Of a DNA stretch of 36,655 bases, positions 25,365-36,655 are shown in pieces. The notes below the pieces were generated by a model. The model was not told the origin of the DNA, searched no databases, and saw only the letters and a program-made list of their open reading frames with translations. The stretch's first letter is position 1; each line of letters opens with the position of its first letter. Position numbers and translations under genes: made by a program. Origin of the DNA: Catajapyx aquilonaris (taxonomy: Eukaryota); NCBI GenBank assembly GCA_000934665.2, contig JYFJ02003986.1, positions 1 to 36,655 of the forward strand. Direction: 5' to 3'.

Positions 25365-25505
25365 TAGAGTGTTCCGCAAGTATTCAAATCTGTCGTTAGC
25401 ACATAACTTTAATCATCCTAAAAGTCACTGTTGCAAAGTAGCTGCTTAAAATACGAATGTCACGACATTGCTAACTACGAATGGAATTTCAATTGGAATA
25501 CCCTG
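25365..25505. mobile_element. Decayed CAGGGTGT-type MITE
   Basis: ta|TAGAGTGTTCC ... GGAATACCCTG ends and inner tcgttagca / tgctaactacga inverted pair. The aagtcactg...aaagtagctgc segment resembles the 23118 MITE arm. Confidence 0.4.
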
Positions 25506-26037
25506 TGTTTAGTACGAAAATTGTGTTTCATATAGCTACGCTTGTTATAAACATGGAGCGAGTCGACGTGTAATGCGGTTCTCTGGACTGACAGTCGATA
25601 ATTTGTAATATTCATTTCTAAATACGTTATGTGCGCCAAGAGGGGTGTAGTCGGTGAACTGCTGTTCCAAAATCAGTTTGCCTTTATCTGCCTCATAAAC
25701 TGTAGAGTACATAAGACTTTAATGATGTCGCTTTTTGTATTTGATTTTGTCATTCTGCGGTAATTTGAGTGTTATCTTCATTGCTGTCGTCAGTTCAATG
25801 ACATCCTACATTTTTGAACGTCTCTTATTATGGTAATTCGAGTTTTTTTATTAGCGAAAAAATACTGCAATAAATTTATCCCGCTTGAAAACTGATTATC
25901 TTCTATAATATTACAGAGGTGGACCTGAATGTCACTAATAAACCCTATGGGGGTATATCAGTGCTTTCTTTCACAAATTACAAACTATACTACTGTATTA
26001 TTATACCTATGAGGCCTCATTAAAGTTGGTTGTGACA

Positions 26038-26280
26038 TACTTTATAATTGATATTAGGGAGGTTGGCCCGGCATTGCCGCTTCAATCTCCAAGGATAGGG
26101 AAGGAAGGAAGCGGCTGTGGCCTATTATATGGAAGCGATCCCGGAATTATCCTAGGAAGACCGTGGAAAACCACAGAAAACCACGGTCAGGAACGTCGGC
26201 CCCGGGATTCGAACCCAGGACCTCCCGATTATCATCAGTCGGACGCCTTATCCTTATCCACCATGCCAACCTGCTTCGGT
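26038..26280 (-). mobile_element. tRNA-derived SINE, family C (Lm1/Talua-like insect SINE body)
   Basis: The minus strand reads accgaagcaggttggcatggtgg (A box)...gggttcgaatccc (B box)...gtggttttctgtggttttccac...ccgggat...aggccacagccgcttccttcc. This body motif is typical of orthopteran/termite SINEs. Perfect 14-bp TSD agttggttgtgaca (26024-26037 / 26281-26294). Confidence 0.9.
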
Positions 26281-26920
26281 AGTTGGTTGTGACAGTCGAA
26301 AAGTAATTATTTATCTATTTTAAACTCTGTTTGGACATACATTGATCTATGGAGAAAATGCCATTATTTTCTCATGTCGCAGCTAAGGCGTGCCTTACAA
26401 TTATGTGTACAGTGAGGCTGTACAGAATCAGGGATTCTCAAACACTCTTCTCGTAGATTAGGGGATATTCTGTATTGACGTAATCTGAGCGAAGTAATTA
26501 ATGATGTATATTTGTCTACTTATTTTTCGTTTGTGATTCAAGTCATAATTTATTACCCTCGAATATCATAGCAGTTTACTCTGAAATGTTTACGAAATAA
26601 ATTAGGGCTCAAGAGTTCCGGCATGACTCGCGTAGCGTGTAATTGAGTACTACAAAGTTCATCCGCCACAGCTGAGGGCTTTATTTACTTTATGCACCAC
26701 AATGCTTTACATATCTTATTCAAGTGTCTGAGTAGCCTACATGCAGTGCATTATGTGGTAAAATAGCACATACTACATGGCACATAAGTTTATGGAATTA
26801 TATATGCCTATTTATTGTGTTATACAGATTTGCTCTAGCACCCAAAATCAAAGGCATGTTTAAAAAAATTATTAAAGTTAGTAGTTAATGACGTTGGGCT
26901 AACTTTAATAACGCCCAACA

Positions 26921-27245
26921 TGGGGAGACGGAGTGGTGCTGCGGTAACGTATGCGCCCACGGATGTTAAGGTCCCGGGTTCGATCCCAACCCGGGGACAC
27001 ACCCCTTCATCTCGTGCAGAGTTTATGAGTCGTCTCTGACTTCGTCTCGGGTGGAATTTCCTTAGACTAATCCACCCGGGGGAGGTCACAAAACGACCAC
27101 ATTTCAGACAAGGCACTGCACTTGCACATCCCCTCCTGTCATCCTGCCCGTGGGCCCGGGCGCTTCAATAATAGGATTCCCGAAGTTGTACCAACGTTAA
27201 AATAAAGGTCTGGCTGAAAACCTCTAGGGGTACGCCTATCACCCA

Positions 27246-27317
<72 letters not shown>
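26921..27317 (+). mobile_element. SINE family B, copy 3, full length with (TTA)n tail
   Basis: Same head and body as the 10281 copy. (TTA)n at ~27247-27317. Perfect 13-bp TSD ataacgcccaaca (26908-26920 / 27318-27330). Confidence 0.92.
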
Positions 27318-27320
<3 letters not shown>

Positions 27321-29594
27321 ACGCCCAACACAATTAATTTTATGTAGAGTAGAGTATAACATTATGTCCTGAAGAACTAAGTGGCAAGTATAAGGCCTAA
27401 ATAATATGAGCCAACTTTAATATTAACTTATGAACATTAAGTGATTGTCCGCTACAAATAATGGTTCGATCTTAAGGGGGAGGATTTTGCCGTTGCCTGC
27501 ATGCGTTTTATTGCAATTGGAACTGTCGATAGTCGTTTCCATAATCGATCTCTTTGCTCTGAGATTTCCTGGGCTTATTTGGTACAAGGATTTTCCCAAC
27601 CACGCAATGTAAACTGCACAAATTCTAGCTCCACAAGTACAGATCAATAAGTCAAAACTTTCTCTTTTTTTCCACTCATGCTGTAAAACATGCGCATGAA
27701 ATATATTGAATGGGGATGTTTTAATCACATTAGTACTTGGTAAATATATAAACTGCAGCACTTGTCCCGTAGTACACGAGTTTCGAAAAGCATATACACC
27801 TAGAGAGAAACTGACACTGATACTCTCCAAAAGAGGGGATGATTACAATTTACATCATGGAAGCTTAAATATGCATACAATATCGTACCATTTATTGAAC
27901 AAATCCTCTCACTTTTCCCTTCTATTAAAATTTTCTCGCATCCCTGGAACACCCTTCTCGAAACACCAGAAGTACTCTGTAGTAAATACAAATGACCTGA
28001 ATAAAAAATCTGTCTTTAAATCCACATCTGCCACGCAACTCTTTTGAGTCAAGCTTGGAACAACCTGAGCGTAAGTTGGGAAATCTTTTTGGACTGGGCC
28101 ATCACAAGGATACGATTGCTATGCAAGACTGGTGCTCAAAGAAAAAGGAGGAGGAAATGCAGTCTGCGAGCCGAGATAATGAACCGTTGCCCATGGACAA
28201 AGTACCAGGTTGCGGTATCTCGGAAGCCATTCCTTGCAATTAAAAAGTTCGGGGACACGAAGAGTTTCCCTTTGTAGGAAAGTCAATCAGGAGGACTTGC
28301 GTAACAAACACCTCCGACTTTTAACAAGGGATAAGAAGCGTAAAAGAGCAAAAGGGAGAGCATTAAACATGCAACAAACCTCGCACACTTTTCGACTTTA
28401 TCGCTTTGTCCAACAGCCCGCGTCATTAGAGCCGATATTTCTGCCAGCCTTTCCATCCACCTCCCACCTCCTCATGGCCGACCTCAAAAAAAAAGGGAAA
28501 AAAGATCTGCGAAAAAATATCGGGCCTTTTAGACGGCTCAACTGAGCTTCTCGCAGACATCTCGCTCACTAAAATCGATAGTTTTCCCCTGCTCTATATC
28601 TCTCTCCTTGCCCTTTTGAAAGAAACAAACACAGACCGCTTCCTCGCAATTCCAGATGCATCGACAATAAAAAACGACAAAAAATGGATAGTTTGGGGGT
28701 TAATTGGGTGTTCGTATTTTTAAACATTTATGTTCAAAGATGACGTCTAAAATTGTTACAATGATCTTTCTCTAACAATGGTATCCGATTAAACTTCCCC
28801 CAGACGAGCACCTTAGCATGCCAATTAATTCCCAAAAACGAGAAACCGTATAGGAGGGGGCTTTGTTGGTTTCCTGCCTTTAGCGAGTAATGATTGCTTC
28901 ATTTTTGAACGAATCTTTCCAGGCTATTTCAAATAATTATCTTGTTGAGTTGTTGATTTAAAAATATATTTACATCGGTTTGGCCTCATGGGGGCATATT
29001 TTCGTAAGAATGCATGTACAGTACATTTAAAAAAATGGAAGATAAGTTTAAGACGTGTAAGCGAGTTATTCGGAATGCAGCAGGAGTAGGGGCACGCTGC
29101 ACCAATCTACCCATGACCTAACCTTCCTTCCCAGCGGATACACGCCTATCCTCCAGCAGATACACCCCTATGGAGAGTAGGTAAAAGTGCTGGGTTTCCC
29201 GATACGAAAGCGTATAGCCAGTTATTTTACACTTCTAGTAGCTCTTTTATAAATAAAGAATCATTCCTATATAAAATTATACAAAAATGTGTATATTCTT
29301 GCCTTTTTATTACCGTTTGCGTGTAACGATAGTATAGGCTACTAATCGCAATAAAATTAATATCTACTCTCTTAGTATTTCAACAGTAATTATTGGGCAT
29401 AATGAAAGAGATCACCATGAGTGGAAAGATCTGTGACACTTGTCCATATTCATAAAATAGCTTCTATGGACTTCGTCTTAGGCATGCCCTCATGTTGTCA
29501 TGTACGAGTCCATTTGTGGAATTTTTCGAAGTGGGGCAAGGCGCAGAAGGTTAGAAATCTAGTAAGAGGAAATTGGGTTTCAAAAGGTATATTA

Positions 29595-30307
29595 CAGGCG
29601 AAACTTCTCTACAGAACAAAGGATCTTTTCCAGAATAATTTTTCCTCCGACCGCGACAATTTTTAGTGGAAGTCGTTCGTAATAATGTCTGATGAAAAAG
29701 CAAAACTCAATTTTGTTTTATATAGATTCTGGGTTTGCGAAAAATCGCATTTCAAGTTCTCAGTTCAGTCTGGCAATTTTTCACTCTCAAATCACCAGCA
29801 TGCGCCAAGAACGCTAGATTTTTATTTTTATTTTTCAGGCAATGGTAGATTGTGATTGATTTTTAAAATGTCAGGGGCTTATTAAAACTGGAACTAATGA
29901 TATTAATATGTCCAAAATCATACCCTACCATTGCATTACCCCATTTGAACATAACCAGTCACGCAAAATAATTTATTTTATTATAGGTACCGTATATCTT
30001 TTAGCTAGAAATAATATTGTCATCGCAAAAAAACTACTTGCAATCTACCATTGTTTGAAATATTGAAACTAAAATTACCGGTATCTAACATTCTTTTCGC
30101 CTCCTGTTGTGATTTGAAAGTGAAAACATGCAAAATTGAGAACTTGTAATGGATAATTTCGCAAACCTAGAATTTGTAGAACAACAGTGAGTTTAACTTT
30201 TCATGTGACATTTTGACGAACCACTTCCACTAAAAATCGGTTGGAGGAAAAATACTATTCTGGAAGAGACTATTTGGATATTTCATGGTAAAAGACTTCC
30301 AGAACTG
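29595..30307. mobile_element. Old long fold-back element (~710 bp), probably a Tc1/mariner-type non-autonomous transposon
   Basis: Diverged inverted arms of ~250 bp: ttccagaataatttttcctccgaccg / cggttggaggaaaaatactattctggaa; tttttagtggaagtcgttcgt / acgaaccacttccactaaaaa; caatggtagattg / caatctaccattg. Probable ends TA|CAG ... CTG|TA; outer boundaries are less certain. Confidence 0.75.
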
Positions 30308-33300
30308 TAATACAAAAATATGATAATTATAATGATCCACTATATTGACCGTAGGGGGAGTGAAAACTCTTATACTGTACATTCATGTCCGAAAGACCAT
30401 ACACCCTGTAGTGACTTGCTTATTTTCCTTTTCAAGTTAGACTTTCAAACCTTATTATTGCTTCCTACTGATTTTTCTGTGCATTTGTTACATTTATCAG
30501 AATAACGTAAAATTTCAAACAGTCCGTGTATTAACCTGTAAAATTATGATTCTGCAGATTAACAGCTTCCCACTCCCCACCTATAGAGGGGGCTTATTCT
30601 CCATATGGTAAGATAAAACGAGCCCTTTTCAGGGTTTCGGTAGCATACATATATTTTTAAAACTTTCAGACCTATCTTTAAAATGTGAGTTAGGGCACCC
30701 CTCACACAGTGCAAGCTTTAAACTGCAAAATGTTGATTATGAAAACTACGTAAAATATGCCAACTATACCCATACAATAATCTCTATACTGGCCGACATT
30801 TGGCAGTTTGTTACCCCGCTCCACTTTCACAGAATTGTTACCCACTTTTTCCTTGATGCCCCCTAAAAGCGGCTAGACAGCACAAAAGTAGCTGGCACCA
30901 GCAATCGAATGAGAAAGCCTCCTCGATTCCACTGCCCAGCAGTTTCGAGAACCTCGACACGAGGTGCCATTCAAAATCAGGAGAGTGTCTTGGCTCCTTC
31001 GGTGAATCCCAACCGATCTATTTGACAGCTTATTTTTTCCCCCTCCACCCCCATGGAAATCCCACTTACCTGCCTGCAGCCATGTCCAGTTTGATCCTCT
31101 TGGATTGGCATCAGGACACGCCCTAAATCACCTCGCCGAAGGAAGCAAACAAATGAGATAAGAGACTGCTTGTGGTAGTTGACGCTGTACCACTCTGAGG
31201 TGTAAAAATGCAAAACTATTCAGGATTTTTTTTAACAAAATTATTCACACGTGGTCAAATTTTTGGAAGAACTGTATCCTGGTCACTCGTGGTGCAAAAA
31301 ACGTTGTCATAAAATGGAACCACTCAGTGGCTGCATTTTCTGTTGTTCCCTGCTCAACGTGCCAACCTGCAGACATGATCAATGCGATTCTAAAGGCACT
31401 TTTGTCATACTGTAGTATGGAAAGAGGCACAAAAAAAAATCAGAGAAGAGGGGAAACTTTGCGCATTATTCTTTGTTATGGCTGAGGGTCCCGCCCGTTC
31501 TATCAACTTGTCCTTCAAAGTGACTCGGTGGAATTCGATGACTGACGGATATCGAATTAGAAGCTTGGGAAGCGCCCAGATTGGGAAGCAAAAGAAATTG
31601 CTCCGGCCTTGCCATCTTCGTCTCTGGCATCTCTGCCTCAACATGACACTTCAAAAGGCCCAGGAAGTATATTTTCACGGGAAAGGGTAGTGAAAAAAGG
31701 CGAGTTTCACCTGCAAATTTGCACCCACATTTTTTGCACACCCGGAAATTGCTTTCAGCCCGTGGCCTAAATTTTGCAACATATTTTTTTCCCCCTCACG
31801 AAAAGCAACATCGGAGTGACCGAGGCTCTTGTGATGAGTGTTTCTCCAAGAAGCTTTTTGCGGATCGGATGGTGGAAGGAGCTCTGAAAAAGAAGAGAAA
31901 CAAAAAGGGCATTAGAGTGAGTGTTGTCTTGCGTCGAATGAGAAAGGGGGGGGGGGGGGAAGAAGGCATTTATAATCTGGATGCTAACAAGGCGGCGATA
32001 AAAGTACAGTGGATCTATAGGAGGGGTTGCGCGAGCACCTCCTGCTTTTGTCGGTAGAATCCGGCAAGCATGCAAAGTTTTTCGAATAAGTGAATTGGCG
32101 TCTGGGGAACAGTAAGAATAAAATGTCACTCTTTTACTGCTGCGTATTCCCAGTTACTCGAGAGGTGCAGAGTTTCGTTCAGTCCGCTGGGGAACTGCCT
32201 TCGGTCCTTTGCATGGTTTCGCAGACTACTTTGCTACGAGGGCAGGTCTGGATATATAAGAATATGTGCCTTCGCCTCTTGAGATCTAGGGTAGAAGGCT
32301 AAGATTCGCTGCTAGATAAAGGAGACGCAACGTAGTACGAACCATGTATCAGCTTTGGAGGTAGCATGTACTGCGACGCATCCCTGATGAAGATAGAATT
32401 CTCCACAGGCCGGAATTCCGGGAAGGCTTCTGAGCTCCGGTTGCTTCTCTGCAGTTCAATTCAGTGGAGAAGCGCTTCAGGGGTCTCTGATGCTCTTACA
32501 TAAACGGGGGAGGAGGCCTTGAGCAGTATGCGCATTCAGACATTTAACTAGGCCGTGCTGTATATAAAGAGGGTTATATGGTGTGCCATGTAGCCCCTGT
32601 ATTTAGCATACCTGGCCTTGCCAAGTGATGTGGAAACTTCTTACATTTAGGGTTTACACGTTCGTAGTGGCCTCGGGGACGTCCGTGACCAATGGTAAAG
32701 GCGGCCGGAAGAATAGAGCTTTTGTGTACAGGAATATCAGCCGTAAGAGGTGGAGAACTGCGCTCTTCTGGTGGATGATATCAGCAACAAGAATAAAAGG
32801 CCTAGCACAAGACGAGTGGCTATTGAAGCTGTACGACTATTTTTGCATATGGGAAAAAATTAGGTCCGTAGCATAGAGGGACACAGCATGCCACTGCACA
32901 CCAAATTTGCGCGACGGTGATGGAGCCACTCATGGGGAAAAATAAAAGCAGCTGAATCATTCGATGCGTGTCCCTATATTTCAGTATCGCTGGCCAGCAC
33001 CAGTGTAAAATCAGCAGCCAGCTTTTGAGTGTGTCAGAAGCGTCAAAAGTATAAGCAGGTCTATATGACAAATGCTGGGAATTCGCTGACAACTCCGAAT
33101 TTTTGTCCCAACTTGATAATGCTGGCATGAATGCGACCCGATTGCCTGTCACCCAAGGAGAAAACGGCCACAACGGCCGAGCCCCCCAGCGGACAGCATG
33201 CCCTCTGGCGGTGAAACAAATTTGTCCAATAATAGTCGACATTGCTGCACGCGCTTTTGTCACATGCAAATCCGTTCACACCCCCATTTTCTAGTGCCCG

Positions 33301-34690
33301 CTGCTGGCATTCTTCTTTTTACAAAAGGTCGCACCGTAACCCCCGCGGTCCCTTCATCTACTCAATCTGGAAACTCCAGTAATGGAGCCCCCGCTACTAC
33401 TCCCACTCCCACCTCTCGCCCTTTCCATCCCGTCCTTTGTCGCTGAAGGCAAAGTGAGTGTGGGAGCACTAGTTTAGGGAGGTGCCGGTAATTTCCCCGC
33501 TTTGTTTTAATATTCCGTGACACTAATGAAAACTTGGCTAAACTCTATTACGCGCCTCAAAACCGCATGTGCATAATGCTGTGCCCAAAGTGCAGGACGC
33601 TTTCCAATGCTCTCGAACTGTTTGGGGTTCTGAAAGTTAAGCCCGATTAAGGATCGGTTCTTGCTTGCAAGATTATAACGAGGAAAGTTGGACTTTAGAC
33701 GTGACTGGTGTCGATGACGTAAGCACTTTGTGCTTTGGGTGTCCCATGGTGACTGTGACAGGCATGGCTCAGTATTCCTCGCATGTCCAGATTGTGTCAC
33801 GACCTGTTCCGGCTTGATAGTATGTGAACATTCCTAGCTTTATCTTGGTTTTAAAAATAAATCAGTTGCAGAATTACAAGCTCCTTCACACCTCCATCCA
33901 CCAATTCTAATTCCGAGATCTGGCCACCTAATGGAAGAAGAAATCTCCAAATTGGCTCACTAATGGCAATACTGGCTATTGTTGTCTCTCATGTGATACG
34001 TGCCCAGTCAACCTTATACGAAAGAAAAAAATGCCTGCAATTGCAATAAAATGAAAGGGACTGGAGAGTCGTACCAAGGGTTGCCTCGGAGAAATGTAGG
34101 ACCTATAGCAATAAGATATCTGGCTGCCCGGCAAATACTTTTCCTATCCGAAGAATGCCAATCCAGGCCAAAATTAACATGGAAATTGAATCATTGGGTC
34201 AAGCCCGCTCCTACAAGCAGAGGATTTATGAGGCTTTCTGGCACCAGGATAATAAAAAGTCAGCATTTCCAGAGCGGAATCTGGCGCCTCTGTCCGACTC
34301 GTTGTTTAATTAATATGTTGATCATTGTGCTTCGTACCGCTGGCTAATTCTGTATGAAATTTCTAGCGTTTTGCAGCTTTTCATAAATGTTCCTGTGGCC
34401 ATGTTTTAGAGAAATGCTATTGATCCTCTCTTGGATCCTCTAGTGTTTCATATAATAAATTATTTTCCCTGAATACGCACTATCATATCATTGCTCACTA
34501 TTTTTGGATATCCACTGTGCAGAGGGAACTGTAGCTGACTCAGCCAATATAGGTCTATAAACTTACATGTGCGCATTACAAAATGTGCGTATTGTGTTGA
34601 TGCAGTTTTTACTGTATTTTGAAATATGATAAGATGTCAGTTCTTCAAATTTGTGCTTTTTCAACTCGACCTTTTCATTTTCTTATGCAG

Positions 34691-34786
34691 CTGAATAGCC
34701 CCGCTTGTGACGTTGGATACAGCAGACTTGGGCCTATACTGCAGAATGAACATGAGGATCTCGATGGGCTCTGGAAGCGGGTATCG
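34691..34786 (+). CDS. Candidate 96-bp phase-0 internal coding exon (LNSPACDVGYSRLGPILQNEHEDLDGLWKRVS), unidentified gene
   Basis: Strong acceptor ccttttcattttcttatgcAG and strong donor cg|GTAAGT. Length is a multiple of 3, only frame 0 is open, and it is more GC-rich than its AT-rich flanks. No homology recognised. Confidence 0.4.
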
Positions 34787-34916
34787 GTAAGTACAATAGA
34801 GAGAATAACATGTTTTTACTATTTTAAAATAAAGTAAACTTGCAAGGTCAACGGAAGTGGTCGGAATTCCTAGTAGCAATGAATACACAGGATACTGCAA
34901 CAGTTCCGATGTGCGC

Positions 34917-35204
34917 AGCCGGCCTTGGTGGACTAGTGGTTAGCGCGCTCGCCTCTGGTCCCAAGGTTGTGGGTTCGAACCCGGCCGAGGTCGGTGACTT
35001 TTCTCCGGGTGGTGGAAAAATGAGAGTGCGCCTTCCTTCGGAGGGGAAGTAAAGCCGTCGCGTCGGTCCCGTGTGCTTATGACATTGCGCGAGTGCACGT
35101 CAAAGATCCCCAGAGTGGCCAAATTTCCAGGAGGAGGACCACCCCCTGGCGTCGGTATTGAGCCTTCGAGGCAGAAATAGGCCGACGTTAAGCCCCACTG
35201 AACC
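34917..35204 (+). mobile_element. tRNA-derived SINE, family D (Deu/Nin-domain-like)
   Basis: A box tggtggactagtggttag and B box gggttcgaaccc. Central ccttcggaggggaagtaaagccg...ggtccc...gcacgtcaaagatccc resembles the Deu/Nin conserved domain. 3' end gacgttaagcccca. Perfect 16-bp TSD cagttccgatgtgcgc (34901-34916 / 35205-35220). Confidence 0.92.
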
Positions 35205-36508
35205 CAGTTCCGATGTGCGCTACATACCGAATATGTGTACTGAAGTGTATCTTAACGAAATTTTGCCATCTACTGCATTGGCAGCAGCATTTTACATTAC
35301 GCGACATCCTGTGTACTGTACAGTACAATACTAGCAAATGTATTAATAAAAGTTTTTCTGCCACATATGAATGAGTACTGGTACCTCCTTATTCTGTAAA
35401 ACGCAGATAAGGCGTAAAGGTCATGATAGAATGACGAGGTAGAATGTTATACACAGCCCGTGGCAATAGTAAATTGAACAGCGGTCAAGCAGCCATCAGT
35501 TAAGCTCACCCCAATTCTGAATGATTTACACTCGAATGCTATGGGCATTTGACGGAAAGCTCCATAGGATCAGAAAAATCACGAAGGTCACTTGCTTAGA
35601 GGCTTTGAATGCAGTCAATATATATCACCCAATATGATGCTCATTGTTTAGCAAGATGCATTCCGGCCGCAGCCTGTTCCCTGGACATGGTGAATTTTTA
35701 TTACTCGGACAAGGGGGAGGGGTGGCAATAAATAATATCATGGCTAGCTACATATCAGTGCAAGCAAAGTAAAAGCTTGAAGTAACGAAATTTTTGAAAT
35801 AGCATAAAAGGCCAGTTGGCTCCAGTGAGTAGGCTAAACAGAGGTGGTGGAATTACAGTGTTTAATGGCAAATGGTAAAGACACATGAGAAATAGCTGTT
35901 CATATCATCGGATTTTGAAAATGAAGGGATCAGTGTATTCCTGACACCGGGTTCTATGATTAAATTTTTGGGAGGAAGTGAGCCTTTACGGTTACGTTAG
36001 TGCAGTTTAATTTTTATTATTCATGAACATTATGGAGATTGTAGACCACGACCCCTGAGGAGTAGAGGGGCAGAATTCCTAAGAAAGAGAAACACGAACG
36101 AGTTCAGTCTTCATCTGAAAAGTTTTAAAGACAGTTTTTGAACTCGGCGTATATACGAGTATCTTTGACTTTAATTGTGACTCAACTGCTCTACAGCATG
36201 TTGCAGGAAAAGTCGTAAACTCGCTTTTGAGAGAAAAATTGTCATACACGGTCATTTCTAGCTGCTGTTGCAATCATATACGCCTCATAACACATTTTAT
36301 TGTAGGTCTATTTCTAAACAGCATGTACTGAAATGCTATAAATTGATAATCTACATCTGAAATTACCTTGTTATCGATAACTGTATAATTAATAATGGTT
36401 TTTCGTCTTAATTTTGCTTGCAATATTTAAAAACATCATATCAAACTAGGAATGCTTATGTTACCATTAACTTTCGAAGCCTGTATTTCCTGTATATTTC
36501 ATTAAAAA

Positions 36509-36642
36509 AGTAATGTCCTTTTTATATGTAGCTTGTAACCTCCCAATATTACACATGCACAGTTGAATTTGTTGTGAACAGAGAACTACCTCATTTGTAT
36601 TAAAAAGCATGACGTGCAAAAGAGTAATGTCCTTTTTATATG
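36509..36642. repeat. Perfect 20-bp direct repeat (agtaatgtcctttttatatg) flanking 94 bp
   Basis: Copies at 36509-36528 and 36623-36642. Confidence 0.85.
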
Positions 36643-36655
36643 ATATAATAATTAT

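Noticed and set aside
29088..29170. Possible hAT mini-element (taggggc...ccccta) with a 22-bp imperfect tandem repeat
   Set aside because: The TIR match is too short and there is no 8-bp TSD.
31063..31135. Minus-strand exon ending at a strong CAG|GTAAGT donor (also 8862-8915)
   Set aside because: Isolated consensus donors with short, unrecognisable peptides, compatible with chance.
32384..32440. Hammerhead ribozyme core (CTGATGA)
   Set aside because: No stem II followed by GAAA and no stem I/III pairing found.

Overview
Eukaryotic, most likely arthropod (probably insect), mostly non-coding genomic DNA that looks like a large intron or intergenic region. The organism call is inferred from the repeat families. 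None of the ORFs in the track is a convincing full gene. The window is dominated by small non-autonomous transposons. There are seven tRNA-derived SINE copies from four families (V-domain-like, Deu/Nin-domain-like, an Lm1/Talua-like insect type, and one I do not recognise with alternative 3' tails), most with visible target-site duplications. There are also several fold-back MITEs of Tc1/mariner and PIF/Harbinger type, one of which is built from two inverted copies of a mariner transposase 3' end. Other features are microsatellites, + strand-biased poly-G/G4 tracts, a 61-bp tandem duplication carrying a hairpin, and two or three weak candidate + strand exons. TACAGTA/TACTGTA heptamers, the canonical Tc1-type excision footprint, are strongly over-represented. 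I found no CRISPR array, rRNA, real tRNA gene or intact transposase/RT, and no strong evidence of a wholly new biological system. The findings concern TE biology.
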